Below, piece after piece: positions 50,836-61,747 of a stretch of 64,000 nucleotides of DNA (position 1 is the first letter of the stretch; each line of letters starts with the position of its first letter). The notes under the pieces were generated by a model. That model saw nothing but the letters and a program-made list of their open reading frames with translations. It did no database searches and had not been told where the DNA came from. Source of the DNA: Candidatus Poribacteria bacterium (lineage in GTDB: Bacteria; Poribacteria; WGA-4E; PCPOR2b); NCBI GenBank assembly GCA_965198175.1, contig OZ240245.1:352001-416000 (forward strand), read 5' to 3'. The position numbers and the translations under genes were made by a program.

Positions 50836-53268
50836 ATGAGTAAGAATAGGACTAGGACATTTCTTCGGGGTATATTGAGCGTTTTACTGCTTGCGATTAT
50901 CGCCGTTTTGACGCTGATTTTCATCGGAATCGGGTTCGCTGGCGGGCTCATGCTCGCCTCATGGGATGCTATCAAAGATGTAGATCTAGCCGAGTTGGAA
51001 TATCACAAGGCGGATACGTGGAAGCAGCATCTCAAATTCTATTCTTCCGTGTGTACCGTCCAGCGCGAAGATTCAATCGATTTTCTTTTGGATAAGCTGA
51101 AGCGTTTGGCGTACGAGGAGACGTCGCCAGAGTTCACAAAGCCGATTGCTGTCGGAGAATATTCGATAGCCCTTGATTCAGCCGGAGAAACTGGGACTAT
51201 GTGGGTCTATCTTCAGGGCTTTCACTACCCGCGTGCGGATCGAACCCCTTATCGGGTGGAAATGTCGGTTCTCAATGGAAAGATCGCTTCTATTCGTAAT
51301 GAAGATGGCGAAGAAATACCACGCTTTGATCTCGAGCCGGAGTTAATTAGCGAAAAATACGACAAGGGCGACGAAGCGCGGGAAATTATTTCTCTCGGAG
51401 AAATGCCTGACAAGCTGCTGAGAGCGTTTCTTGCAATTGAGGATAAGCGATTTTATCACCATTGGGGCTTGGATCTTAAACGCATTGTCGGCGCGTTAGT
51501 TCATTATGTCCGGACAGGAGATCTACACGGAGCGAGTACAATCACACAACAACTCACCCGGAACATCTATCTGAGTCCACAACGGAGAATTTTACGGAAA
51601 ATCAAAGAAGCCTTGCTCGCGATTCGAGTGGAAAGAAACTTTTCCAAAGACGAAATCCTTGAAAGGTACCTCAATTTCATCAATTTGGGGAGATACGGTT
51701 CTTCGCATGAAGTACTTGGTGTTCAGAACGCGGCGAAAAGCTACTTCGGCAATTCAGTTTGGGAGTTGGAGCTTCATGAATGCGCCACACTTGCAGGCAT
51801 CCCAAAATCCCCAACCTATTACTCACCGATACGTCATCCGGATCGCGCAAAAGCTCGACGGAATCTCGTTCTCATGCAGATGCTTCGAGCCGGTTTCATC
51901 ACGCGGGAAGAATATGAGGAGGCTGAGAGTCAACCTCTCGTCATCGAAGTACCTGAGACCGTGCAACTCAGAGAAGCCCCCCACTTTTTGCAGTATGTCC
52001 ATACACAACTGACCCAGATGCCTGACCTTAAGGATCTATTATACAGTCAAGGTTTAAAGGTCTACACAACAATTGATATGTCCATGCAGAAGGCAGCGGA
52101 GAAAGTGGTTGCTGAAGAGTTACGGAAGCGCGACAAAGAATATTTCAAAAGTTTGCCGGATTACGATCTCAACAAGAACAACCCCGGCGGAATTGATCCG
52201 ATCAAAAGCTATTTACAAGCGGCGTTAATCAGCGTTGAACCCAATACGGGTTATATCAAAGCGATGGTTGGTGGAAGGGATTACTATATTGCACGGCAGA
52301 AAATCAACTATTTTAACCGCGCGGTTCAATCTCAGCGTCAACCTGGTTCAGCATTCAAGCCAATTGTCTTTGCAGCAATGCTTGATATACCGCCGTTAGC
52401 GACGCCCGCAACAATTATCCGTGATGAAGCGTGGTCTACTGAGAGTGAAGTGGGGGTAAGGTGGGCGCCCAGAAACATCGATGGCAAATTCCGTGGAGAG
52501 GTTACGCTACGAAGGATGTTGGAGAAATCGATTAACGTCGCAACAGCCAAAATGATGTGGGAAACTCCCAAGGACGAACACAAGAAACCGGAGGGGCTTA
52601 AGCGCACACTCGCGCTTGCTGAGCGTCTGGGCATCCAAACCCGCTTTCACCCCTATCCCGCAATTGCGTTAGGATCGGAGGGTGTGTCTCTACTCGAACT
52701 TAGTGGCGCCTATGGCGTCTTCGCCAATGGTGGTGAGCGCGCAAAACCGATTAGTATTCAGTATGTCGAAGATCAGCACGGAGAGATTCTCATTGAAAAC
52801 CAAGTTGAGCGTGAGAAGGTACTCAACGAAAATGTCGCCTATCTTGTCACACACCTCATGGAAGGCGTAATCAGAAATGGCACGGGGAGAAGAGCCAACT
52901 CCGTGTACGGATTAAAACGCCCCGCAGCAGGGAAAACCGGCACGACGAACAACAACAGAGATGGATGGTTCATTGGCTATATTCCCAGCCTCGTTACTGG
53001 TGTTTGGGTCGGATTTGATAGCCAGCAGAAAAGTGCAACGAAGACAGGGACTTTTCTAGCTTTGCCAATCTGGGCGCGATTTATTAATGAAGGTGCACGA
53101 GGACCTGTCAAGGAGGAATTTCGTGTTCCTTCGGGTATCCTCTTCAGACAAATTGACAAAGAGACGGGATTATTGGAGTCGGAGGGGAAATGTCCGAAAG
53201 ATAAAATTATCCGTGAAGCCTTTCTTGTAGGTTCTGAGCCCAGGATGTTCTGTAATGTACATGAGTAG
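50836..53268 (+). CDS. Class A bifunctional penicillin-binding protein with a UB2H-like domain (PBP1B-like)
   Basis: EDKRF..H.G, GASTITQQL, SAFK, SIN, KTG; start uncertain (50824-50836). Confidence 0.9.
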   Translation: MSKNRTRTFLRGILSVLLLAIIAVLTLIFIGIGFAGGLMLASWDAIKDVDLAELEYHKADTWKQHLKFYSSVCTVQREDSIDFLLDKLKRLAYEETSPEFTKPIAVGEYSIALDSAGETGTMWVYLQGFHYPRADRTPYRVEMSVLNGKIASIRNEDGEEIPRFDLEPELISEKYDKGDEAREIISLGEMPDKLLRAFLAIEDKRFYHHWGLDLKRIVGALVHYVRTGDLHGASTITQQLTRNIYLSPQRRILRKIKEALLAIRVERNFSKDEILERYLNFINLGRYGSSHEVLGVQNAAKSYFGNSVWELELHECATLAGIPKSPTYYSPIRHPDRAKARRNLVLMQMLRAGFITREEYEEAESQPLVIEVPETVQLREAPHFLQYVHTQLTQMPDLKDLLYSQGLKVYTTIDMSMQKAAEKVVAEELRKRDKEYFKSLPDYDLNKNNPGGIDPIKSYLQAALISVEPNTGYIKAMVGGRDYYIARQKINYFNRAVQSQRQPGSAFKPIVFAAMLDIPPLATPATIIRDEAWSTESEVGVRWAPRNIDGKFRGEVTLRRMLEKSINVATAKMMWETPKDEHKKPEGLKRTLALAERLGIQTRFHPYPAIALGSEGVSLLELSGAYGVFANGGERAKPISIQYVEDQHGEILIENQVEREKVLNENVAYLVTHLMEGVIRNGTGRRANSVYGLKRPAAGKTGTTNNNRDGWFIGYIPSLVTGVWVGFDSQQKSATKTGTFLALPIWARFINEGARGPVKEEFRVPSGILFRQIDKETGLLESEGKCPKDKIIREAFLVGSEPRMFCNVHE

Positions 53269-53335
53269 ATATTTAAGTTAAGGTTTAGCGGTTATCGCTA
53301 GATACCTAATCTTGCACTTTGGGGATTAATAAAGG

Positions 53336-55321
53336 ATGGAAAAGTTTGAGTTAGTCTCAGATTACACGCCACAAGGCGACCAACCCCAGGCAATTGCCAA
53401 ACTGACGGAGGGCTTATTGAGAGGGGATGGGTTTCAGACGCTGTTAGGCGTTACGGGATCCGGGAAGACTTTTACAATGGCTCACGTTATTGCTAACTTG
53501 CAGCGTCCAACACTCGTCATATCGCCTAACAAAACCCTCGCTGGACAATTGTACACCGAATTCCGCGAGTTCTTTCCCAACAACGCCGTTCACTACTTTG
53601 TTAGTTACTATGACTACTACCAACCTGAGGCGTACATTCCGAGCACAGACACTTATATCGAGAAAGATATTCAGATAAATGAGGAGATAGATCGGCTCCG
53701 CCTTGCTTCTACGGCATCGCTGCTTTCACGCCCTGACGTCATCATTGTTGCTAGCGTTTCTTGTATCTACGGTATTGGTTCGCCGAAGGAGTACGATATA
53801 CAACGGGTTGAACTGAAAACCGGTGACATCATTAAACGAAATAAGCTGCTGCGATCGCTTGTGGATATTCGGTATGGACGGAACGATGTTGATTTCTCAC
53901 GGGGTTGCTTCCGCGTGCGCGGGGATGTGATTGAGGTTTTTCCCGCCTATGCAAATACCGCTTATCGAATCGAACTCTTCGGCGATGAAGTAGATCGCAT
54001 CACAGAGATTGACACACTCACCGGAGAAGTTATGGAAGATCATGCAGAAGTTGTAATTTATCCAGCAAAGCATTTCATGACGGATTCCGAGCGATTTGAG
54101 CAGGCATTGTTGGACATTGAAGCCGAACTTCAGGATCGGATTGATTACTTCATTGCGAACAACAAGCTGCTAGAGGCGCAGCGGATTGAGGGGCGAACGA
54201 GATTTGACCTTGAGATGATGCGGGAGGTTGGCTACTGTTCGGGAATAGAAAACTATTCACGACATATCTCTGGTTTGCAGCCCGGCGAACCGCCTTACTG
54301 TTTAATTAACTATTTCCCCGATGATTATTTAGTGTTCGTTGACGAATCTCATGTGACTTTGCCACAACTGCGAGGGATGTATCGCGGCGATCGATCTCGA
54401 AAACAGTCGTTGGTGGATTACGGTTTCCGTCTCCCATCTGCCCTAGATAACCGTCCGCTCCGATTCGATGAGTTTCAATCATATGTCAATCATGCTGTGC
54501 TTGTCTCAGCAACCCCCGGGGCGTATGAATTGGATAACAGCACCCAAGTCGTGGAACAAATTATCCGCCCAACAGGATTGATCGATCCAAACATTACTGT
54601 CCATCCGGTCGAAAGGCAGATCGACCACCTAATGGGTGTCATTCACGAGCGAGTTGCTCAGAATCAGCGTGTGCTGGTCACTACGCTCACCAAACGGATG
54701 GCAGAAGGACTGACCGACTACCTAACCGAAGGGGGCATTAAAGCCGAATACCTCCATTCTGATGTCGATACCTTGGATCGTTCCCGTATCTTGAAGGAAC
54801 TTCGCCAAGGTGTTTTCGATGTGCTTGTCGGAATTAACCTGCTCCGTGAAGGCTTGGATCTCCCCGAAGTCTCACTGGTAGCGGTTCTCGATGCGGATCG
54901 CGCAGGTTTCCTCCGATCCGAAACTTCGCTTATCCAAATCGCGGGCCGTGCCGCCCGCAATGTTGATGGCGAGGTCGTCCTGTATGCAGATGAAGCGACA
55001 CCTGCAATCCGCGGTGCCGTTGATGAGAGCGAACGTCGGCGGAAAATTCAGATGGTGTATAATGAACAGCACGATATTACGCCAGCGACAATCAACAAAG
55101 CCATTCACAACCTGCTTGATGAGCTTGCTGCAGATGAGGCAAAACCGTCGAAAGCAACCATGCCTATCATTCCAGTGGAAGCCCATCCGGAAGAAATCCA
55201 ACCGTTGATTGCCAAGTTGACGAAGGAGATGCAGACGGCGGCGGCAAATCTGGAGTTTGAACGAGCAGCAGCTTTGCGAGATCAGATTTCAGAGATTAAA
55301 CGCGAGTTTGCAGAGCATTAA
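53336..55321 (+). CDS. uvrB: Excinuclease ABC subunit B
   Basis: [28 protein letters not shown]-terminal UVR domain. Confidence 0.98.
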   Translation: MEKFELVSDYTPQGDQPQAIAKLTEGLLRGDGFQTLLGVTGSGKTFTMAHVIANLQRPTLVISPNKTLAGQLYTEFREFFPNNAVHYFVSYYDYYQPEAYIPSTDTYIEKDIQINEEIDRLRLASTASLLSRPDVIIVASVSCIYGIGSPKEYDIQRVELKTGDIIKRNKLLRSLVDIRYGRNDVDFSRGCFRVRGDVIEVFPAYANTAYRIELFGDEVDRITEIDTLTGEVMEDHAEVVIYPAKHFMTDSERFEQALLDIEAELQDRIDYFIANNKLLEAQRIEGRTRFDLEMMREVGYCSGIENYSRHISGLQPGEPPYCLINYFPDDYLVFVDESHVTLPQLRGMYRGDRSRKQSLVDYGFRLPSALDNRPLRFDEFQSYVNHAVLVSATPGAYELDNSTQVVEQIIRPTGLIDPNITVHPVERQIDHLMGVIHERVAQNQRVLVTTLTKRMAEGLTDYLTEGGIKAEYLHSDVDTLDRSRILKELRQGVFDVLVGINLLREGLDLPEVSLVAVLDADRAGFLRSETSLIQIAGRAARNVDGEVVLYADEATPAIRGAVDESERRRKIQMVYNEQHDITPATINKAIHNLLDELAADEAKPSKATMPIIPVEAHPEEIQPLIAKLTKEMQTAAANLEFERAAALRDQISEIKREFAEH

Positions 55322-55409
55322 AGCAAGGTGAAGTATCGAACGGACTGCTATACTGTTCAAGAACCCGCAACCCCTTCTTAAATGAGGATGGCTCAAGTCA
55401 ATTTATTTC

Positions 55410-55438
55410 TTGCATTTCTGAATAAGGTGTGCTAAAAT
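55410..55438 (+). promoter_or_regulatory. Sigma70-type promoter
   Basis: TTGCAT-17 nt-TAAAAT with TG extension. Confidence 0.65.
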
Positions 55439-55490
55439 CAGCTTGAATCGGAAAATACTATCGTTCCCATACAGAAAGCGAGGACAATGG

Positions 55491-55763
55491 ATGTTTGTTT
55501 GTACTGCTTGTGGGTATTTATGGAAAGCGGCAGAAAGTCCACCCGAGGAGTGTCCGGCGTGCGCTGCGCCCAAAGAGAAATACATCCCTTATGATGACCG
55601 GGCAGAACGGTGGGTGAAGCGAACCGTCGCTCAGCATGTAATGTATCCTGATGAGGAGGGTGCCGACCTCCGGGATGAGAATTCAGCCTTGTCTTCTCAT
55701 ATCCGGTTTGCGCTTGTTGGATTTGGTGAGGATCTCAAGAAGCCTGGAGACCTTAAAGGGTGA
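55491..55763 (+). CDS. Rubredoxin-like metal-binding protein with C-terminal extension
   Basis: FVCTACGY...PEECPAC.APKEKY; GAGGA RBS before ATG 55491. Confidence 0.8.
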   Translation: MFVCTACGYLWKAAESPPEECPACAAPKEKYIPYDDRAERWVKRTVAQHVMYPDEEGADLRDENSALSSHIRFALVGFGEDLKKPGDLKG

Positions 55764-55788
55764 CTTTTTAACATAAGCATTTCCCTCT

Positions 55789-55820
55789 GCTCAGAAACAA
55801 TAGTTTCTGGGCTTTTTTTT
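55789..55820 (+). terminator. Intrinsic terminator
   Basis: GCTCAGAAAC-aata-GTTTCTGGGC followed by T8. Confidence 0.85.
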
Positions 55821-55855
55821 GGAAGTCAGCAAGTTGTCAGCATCAAAGAGGAATT

Positions 55856-57409
55856 GTGATGCAACTATTCGGAGTTGCCGTGCCTAAGATTATAAAGGGA
55901 ATCAACTTTCTCAGTTGGGTTTTACTTATTCTATGTCCCGCAGCGTTAAATGCTGCCGGGTTTGAAGATATCGAACAAAAAATCCGGGAGCATGTTCTGT
56001 CTAACGGCATGAAGTTCATCATCCTGGAACGGCATGAAGCTCCTGTTTTTTCAGGACATATTCATGTCGATGTCGGCAGCAGTGACGAGGTCATTGGGAA
56101 TACAGGGATTGCCCACGTCTTTGAGCACATGGCATTCAAAGGGACAACAACTCTTGGAACAGAAGATTACGCAAAAGAAAAAGCCATTATGGACAAAATG
56201 GATGGGGTGTTCGATGAACTCAGAACCGAATGGGCAAAAGGCAATCGTGCGAATCCGGAGAACTTAAAGGAATTAGAAACGGAATTTAAGGCTCTAGAGA
56301 AGGAAGTGGCACAATATTCTAACGGCGAAGAATATGCAAAGATCCTAGAGCAAGAGGGCTCTGTGGGAGTGAATGCAGGTACATCTGCTGATCATACAGT
56401 GTATTTTTATAGCCTCCCCTCAAATAAGCTCGAGTTGTGGATGGCGCTCGAATCTGAGAGATTTTTTGAACCTGTGCTCAGAGACTTCTTCAAAGAGAAA
56501 GAGGTCATCAAGGAAGAGCGACGTCTAAGAACTGAAAGTAGCCCGGTTGGGAGGTTAATTGAGGAGCTCAAAGGACTTGCCTATCTAGCGCATCCCTATG
56601 GACAACCGATTATCGGTCATATGTCAGATATTCACACAACGACGCGAGCCGAAGCCCTTCAATTTTTTGAAGAACACTATACACCCAGTAATATGGTTGC
56701 GGCGATTGTTGGTGACGTCAATGCCGATGTGGTGATTCAAATGGCGGACAAATACTTTGGCAGGCTACCCTCTCGGCCGGATTTGCCGCTCGTTGAGACA
56801 GTTGAGCCGAAGCAGTTAGGTGAGCGGCGTGTGAGAATTGTGGAGCAAACACAACCCGTCATCGTTCTTACTTACCATAAGCCCGAAATCAGACATCCGG
56901 ATAACGCCGTGTTTAATGCAATCACCGATATTTTGGCTTCAGGGCGGACATCGCGCTTGTATAAAAAATTGGTCCGAGACGAGAAGATCTCGATTTCCGC
57001 AGGCGCCTTTCCAGGGTTTCCGGGTCAAAAATATCCAAATCTATTTGTTTTCTATTCGTTTCCCGCTCAAGGGCGTACGAACGTAGAAAATGAAGAAATG
57101 ATTCTGACTGAGATTGAGACACTCAAAACGGACTTGGTTTCGGAAGTTGAATTAAAGAAGGTCAAACGGCGTGCAAAGGCAGGGTTAATTCATTCACTGC
57201 GTTCTAGTAGTGGGTTAGCCAGTATGTTATGTAGTTCTGAGTTTCTCTTGGGAGACTGGCGAGAGCTCTTCAAGTCCCTTGACCGAATTGACAAGGTAAC
57301 AGCTGAAGATATCAAGCGGGTTGCGAATGAATATTTTGTAAGTTCCAATCGATCCGTTGGGGAGATTGTGACAGAGGCAACCAAGAAAGAAGTGGAGGCA
57401 GATGAATGA
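55856..57409 (+). CDS. M16 (pitrilysin) peptidase, catalytic subunit
   Basis: HVFEH (HxxEH), NAGTS.D.T.Y, EERR. Confidence 0.92.
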   Translation: MMQLFGVAVPKIIKGINFLSWVLLILCPAALNAAGFEDIEQKIREHVLSNGMKFIILERHEAPVFSGHIHVDVGSSDEVIGNTGIAHVFEHMAFKGTTTLGTEDYAKEKAIMDKMDGVFDELRTEWAKGNRANPENLKELETEFKALEKEVAQYSNGEEYAKILEQEGSVGVNAGTSADHTVYFYSLPSNKLELWMALESERFFEPVLRDFFKEKEVIKEERRLRTESSPVGRLIEELKGLAYLAHPYGQPIIGHMSDIHTTTRAEALQFFEEHYTPSNMVAAIVGDVNADVVIQMADKYFGRLPSRPDLPLVETVEPKQLGERRVRIVEQTQPVIVLTYHKPEIRHPDNAVFNAITDILASGRTSRLYKKLVRDEKISISAGAFPGFPGQKYPNLFVFYSFPAQGRTNVENEEMILTEIETLKTDLVSEVELKKVKRRAKAGLIHSLRSSSGLASMLCSSEFLLGDWRELFKSLDRIDKVTAEDIKRVANEYFVSSNRSVGEIVTEATKKEVEADE

Positions 57410-59664
57410 GAAAAATCGCATTTTATACACTTCTATACGGCTTGACATCTCTACTAGTTGCATGTGCCGGTAAACAGATGACACCTCAGCAGCATTCCGC
57501 AGTGGTTACGAGTGACGCACCCAAGCTGTCAGATGCAGAAATAGCACAATCAGAGGCGCGGCGCGATGAATCTTTGGACACTTCTTTAGAAACGGAAGTA
57601 CCTAGAAAAAAGCCACACGAAGGGCTCGTCTACCCACCATTGAGCCAGCCGCAGCCACCGGTTCCCCAAAGGGTCGAATTGGACAATGGGATAATTGTCT
57701 ATCTGTTAGAAGAGCACGAGTTTCCGATTATTGAAATTTCCGTGTGGATTCGCACCGGTTCAATTTACGAACCAGCGGACAAAGTCGGGTTGGCGGAGAT
57801 TACCGGGGCAGTCATGCGAACGGGTGGAACCACAAGTAAAACCGGAGATGAACTCGATGAAATTTTGGAGAGTTTAGCGGCATCTGTTGAAACGAGTATC
57901 GGTGGCGATTCAGGCTCCGCGTCAATGTCGGTTTTGAAAGAAGATCTCGATACGGGGTTATCCATTCTCGCCGATGTTCTCATTAATCCTGCATTCCGAG
58001 AGGATAAAATCGAGTTAGAAAAGGTGCAGCATCGTAGCACCATTGCACGACGAAATGACAATCCAACAGGTATCACGGCGCGAGAATTCCGGAAACTCAT
58101 CTATGGTGCAGGCAGTCCTTATGCACGTACAACCGAATATGATACGATTAACAATATTACTCGTGATGACCTCGTGGCTTTCTATCAGAAGTATTTCCAC
58201 CCGAACAACGTCAAAATAGGTGTTCTTGGCGACTTCGATTCCGAAGCTATGCTGGCAAAGATTCGGGAGGTCTTCAAGGAATGGGAACCTGTAGAGATTG
58301 ATTTTCCTGAAAAACCTGCAATCCCTGAAACGTATGCGAGGAAAGTTGCTCTGGTAAACAAGGATAACGTGAACCAAACGAATATCCGTATGGGGCACAT
58401 TGGCTGGTTGCGCAAGAATGAAGACTATCCCGCTCTCGTTGTGATGTCCCAAATTCTCGGGATTGGATTTTCTAGCCGTTTGATGAACACCATCCGAGTT
58501 GAAAAAGGGCTCGCATATTCTGTCGGAAACAACTATGGCGCTGGCTACGACCTTCCAGGAATCTTCTTAATCTCATGTGGTACCAAATCGCAAACCACCG
58601 TGATGACAATCGAAGCGATTTTGGAAGAGGTCGAGAAGTTGCAAACAGAGGGGATAAAGAATGAGGAATTGAAACAGGCGATTGATGGCTTTATGAATTC
58701 TTCTGTGTTTGACTATGATACCAGGGGAGAAATTCTGTCACGTGCGCTCCGGTATGAATACTATGAATATCCACAGGATTTCGTTGAGCAACTCATGGCG
58801 GGGATTCGGAAGGTTACAAAAGCAGATGTCAAGCGCGTTGCTAGTAAGTACCTACATCCAGACAAATTTGCGCTCATCGCTGTTGGCAAGTCCAGCGATT
58901 TTGATAAGCCGCTGAATTCCCTTGGAGATGTTACAGAAGTCGATATTGCCATTCCACCTCCTTCTCCTGAACTTGTTCCCGAGGCTGGCGAAGAAGCTGT
59001 TACAAGCGGTAAGGAGATTCTGGCGTACGTTATCGAAGCGCACGGCGGGCTTGATAAATTAAAGCGGGTGAACAACATCGTTACCAAAAGGAGAATGGTT
59101 GTGAATACACCCGGTGGAATGATGGAGCTTGATGGAGAGGCAACAATAGTGTTCCCTACCAAAGCGCGGTTTGATATGGTGATTCCGGCAATGGGGATGC
59201 AGATGAGTCGAGTCTATGACGGTCAATCGGCGTGGCTGGTGATGTCTCAGGGGGTTCAGCCCCTCCCTGCAGCTTTTGTTGAAGAGGCGAAAAAAGAAAT
59301 TTTTAGAGATAGTATTCCCCTGCTGACCTATATTTCTGATAAGGGGGTATCTGTTCAATATCTTGGTGCGGAAGATGTAAAAGGCAAAATGACAGATGTC
59401 ATACTGGTCAGCAACACGCCAGCCGATTCCCTTAAACTCTTTATCGACCAGGAAACAAAACATATCGTTAAAAAGAAGTATCAAGCACTAACGGAGCAGG
59501 GACCCGCCGAGCGAGAAGAGTTCTTGGACGACTATCGAGAAGTCTCCGGCGTGATGGTTGCCTTTCATACCGTTTTGGTCGATAATGGTGAGAAATCTGC
59601 CGAAATCACGTTCAGCGAAGTGATGCTCAACACCGAGGTGGATGAATCGCTGTTTGAGAAATAG
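57406..59664 (+). CDS. M16 peptidase non-catalytic subunit, lipoprotein, with extra C-terminal domain
   Basis: LLVAC lipobox; no HxxEH; IRVEKGLAY R/Y motif; ATGA overlap. Confidence 0.88.
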   Translation: MRKIAFYTLLYGLTSLLVACAGKQMTPQQHSAVVTSDAPKLSDAEIAQSEARRDESLDTSLETEVPRKKPHEGLVYPPLSQPQPPVPQRVELDNGIIVYLLEEHEFPIIEISVWIRTGSIYEPADKVGLAEITGAVMRTGGTTSKTGDELDEILESLAASVETSIGGDSGSASMSVLKEDLDTGLSILADVLINPAFREDKIELEKVQHRSTIARRNDNPTGITAREFRKLIYGAGSPYARTTEYDTINNITRDDLVAFYQKYFHPNNVKIGVLGDFDSEAMLAKIREVFKEWEPVEIDFPEKPAIPETYARKVALVNKDNVNQTNIRMGHIGWLRKNEDYPALVVMSQILGIGFSSRLMNTIRVEKGLAYSVGNNYGAGYDLPGIFLISCGTKSQTTVMTIEAILEEVEKLQTEGIKNEELKQAIDGFMNSSVFDYDTRGEILSRALRYEYYEYPQDFVEQLMAGIRKVTKADVKRVASKYLHPDKFALIAVGKSSDFDKPLNSLGDVTEVDIAIPPPSPELVPEAGEEAVTSGKEILAYVIEAHGGLDKLKRVNNIVTKRRMVVNTPGGMMELDGEATIVFPTKARFDMVIPAMGMQMSRVYDGQSAWLVMSQGVQPLPAAFVEEAKKEIFRDSIPLLTYISDKGVSVQYLGAEDVKGKMTDVILVSNTPADSLKLFIDQETKHIVKKKYQALTEQGPAEREEFLDDYREVSGVMVAFHTVLVDNGEKSAEITFSEVMLNTEVDESLFEK

Positions 59665-60006
59665 TCCCATTTTCAGCGAATATATACCTCAATTCTCGAA
59701 CTCTAGCCGGGTTCACATCGGGAATCCATTGACTTAATGGGCATTCAACCCAAAACGAACGTTTTGTGTGGACTAAGGAGGCGGTAATTGTGCAGTTTCA
59801 TGAGACGAGGTCGTCGAGCATTGCCTAGATCGACCCTGGCGACGATCTGCTGAAGTAGCAATCTTCCCCGCCGTGAGTAGGATTTTCGATTTTTTTTTGT
59901 CCGTTTGCAGGTTTGTCCAATATGTCGATGGCAGATGTAAAGAGTAAACGGGTCCATAGGATACAATTCCTCATATTATGCGTCGCGGCTCTGTGCAATC
60001 TCCAAC

Positions 60007-60783
60007 ATGATGCAAATCCTTTTTCAGATTAACAACCGATTGAAATTAATTGTTCTTGAGTTGCAAGAATTCACACTTTTCATCGGTCGTGTGATTCGCA
60101 GTCTATTCCGAAGACCACGGTATTCGGCTGATCTCTTTGACCAGATGGATATTCTGGGCGTCGGATCGCTTGTCATTGTGCTCATCGCGGGGTGTTGCGT
60201 TGGGGCTATTATTTCAATGGAAACCTTGTTCCAACTCCGGTCATACGGTGCTCAGTCTTTCCTCGGACGTGTAACTGGCGATTCAGTTGTCCGAGGCGTG
60301 GGGCCCGTCTTCACAGCGATGATTGTTTCCAGCCGTATTTGCCCAGCAACTGCTGCGGAGTTAGGCTCGATGCAAGTGAGTCAGCAGATTGATGCGCTCG
60401 TGACGATGGGTATTGACCCCATTCGCAAACTGATTACGCCGCGCATCATCGCTAGCCTTTTTATATTCCCAGCCCTTACATGCGCCCACGCCGTAGCTGC
60501 CATCCTGTCAGGTGGATTAGTTGCTCAGTTTTCGGGGGAATTAACACTATTGCGTTTTTTAAGAGAGTCTATGGTCGAAATTTCTTCTGGAGATGTGCTT
60601 TGGGGGTTGATGAAATCAGTTGTGTTCGGTCTGGTGGTGGTAACGCTTGCCTGCTACTCCGGCATTCGAGTTTCGGGTGGAGCAGTTGGCGTACGAAAAG
60701 GTGCCACGAATGCGGCGGTTAACGCGATTCTGCTCATCCTTGTATTTGACTTTCTGGTGACTAGTCTGGGTCGTTCGCTCTGA
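60007..60783 (+). CDS. mlaE: MlaE family ABC permease
   Basis: GVGSL, GPVFTA, AELGSM.VSQQIDAL..MGIDP. Confidence 0.92.
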   Translation: MMQILFQINNRLKLIVLELQEFTLFIGRVIRSLFRRPRYSADLFDQMDILGVGSLVIVLIAGCCVGAIISMETLFQLRSYGAQSFLGRVTGDSVVRGVGPVFTAMIVSSRICPATAAELGSMQVSQQIDALVTMGIDPIRKLITPRIIASLFIFPALTCAHAVAAILSGGLVAQFSGELTLLRFLRESMVEISSGDVLWGLMKSVVFGLVVVTLACYSGIRVSGGAVGVRKGATNAAVNAILLILVFDFLVTSLGRSL

Positions 60784-60943
60784 TATTGGATAACTACGTC
60801 AGTAGGTTTAAGTTTTTGAAGTTCGTAGGATTTGTCGCTGCCAAGAGAGTAATGGTTTACTCACTTAACACAAGGAATTGCCTGACTACGAACGTAAATG
60901 TAAGAAATTTCATGGAACTTGCTGCGTGGTGGTCGTATAATTA

Positions 60944-61717
60944 ATGATTTTACTGAAAAATATCAACTTTTTCTACGGGGATACCCAAATCCTCAAAAAT
61001 ATCACATTTGATATCCCGGCTGGTGAAGTGACCACGATTCTTGGTCCAAGTGGATCCGGGAAGACTACGCTACTTCGTATTTTAACCGGATTGCTCGAAC
61101 CTGCAAGCGGTGAAATCTGGATGAGTGGGAAGAGTTTGATGACGTTGTCCAAAACAGAACAACAACAAATGCGGCATAAAATGGCGATTGTCTTTCAGAA
61201 CGGCGCGCTTTTCGATTCACTCACTGTTTGGGAAAACATCGCTTTCCCGCTTTATGAACGCTTTTCAATGCCTCTGCTAATAATTCGGCAGGAAGTTGAC
61301 AAACTCCTTGAAATATTTGGTTTGCAGAACGCTGCCGATTTGACAATTAATCAATGCAGCGGTGGGATGCAGATGCGGGTCGCTATCGCCCGCGCGTTTG
61401 CCTGTCATCCTGAGATTATTCTCTACGATGAACCGACCTCTGGACTCGATCCGATCGCGCGTGACCGCATCTGTGATTGTATTCAAAAGCAACAGTTCCA
61501 GCGCAATGTGACATCGGTACTCGTCACCCATCAGTTGTCCACGGCATTCCGCGTTTCCAAGCGTTTCATTTGCCTCTACGATGGAGAAATTCTTTTTGAC
61601 GGCACTTCTGATGAATTAACGGCATCAAGAAATCCCTATATCCAACGGTTCATCCAACCTTCGAAGCGGGTTTATCGGGCTCTCGATTTTGATCTGAACC
61701 CAATACCCAATGTTTAA
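60944..61717 (+). CDS. mlaF: MlaF family ABC ATPase
   Basis: GPSGSGKT, FQNGALFDSLTV.EN, CSGGM, YDEPTSGLDP. Confidence 0.92.
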   Translation: MILLKNINFFYGDTQILKNITFDIPAGEVTTILGPSGSGKTTLLRILTGLLEPASGEIWMSGKSLMTLSKTEQQQMRHKMAIVFQNGALFDSLTVWENIAFPLYERFSMPLLIIRQEVDKLLEIFGLQNAADLTINQCSGGMQMRVAIARAFACHPEIILYDEPTSGLDPIARDRICDCIQKQQFQRNVTSVLVTHQLSTAFRVSKRFICLYDGEILFDGTSDELTASRNPYIQRFIQPSKRVYRALDFDLNPIPNV

Positions 61718-61747
61718 TGCCGAGTGCCCATTACATAATCCACGGAG

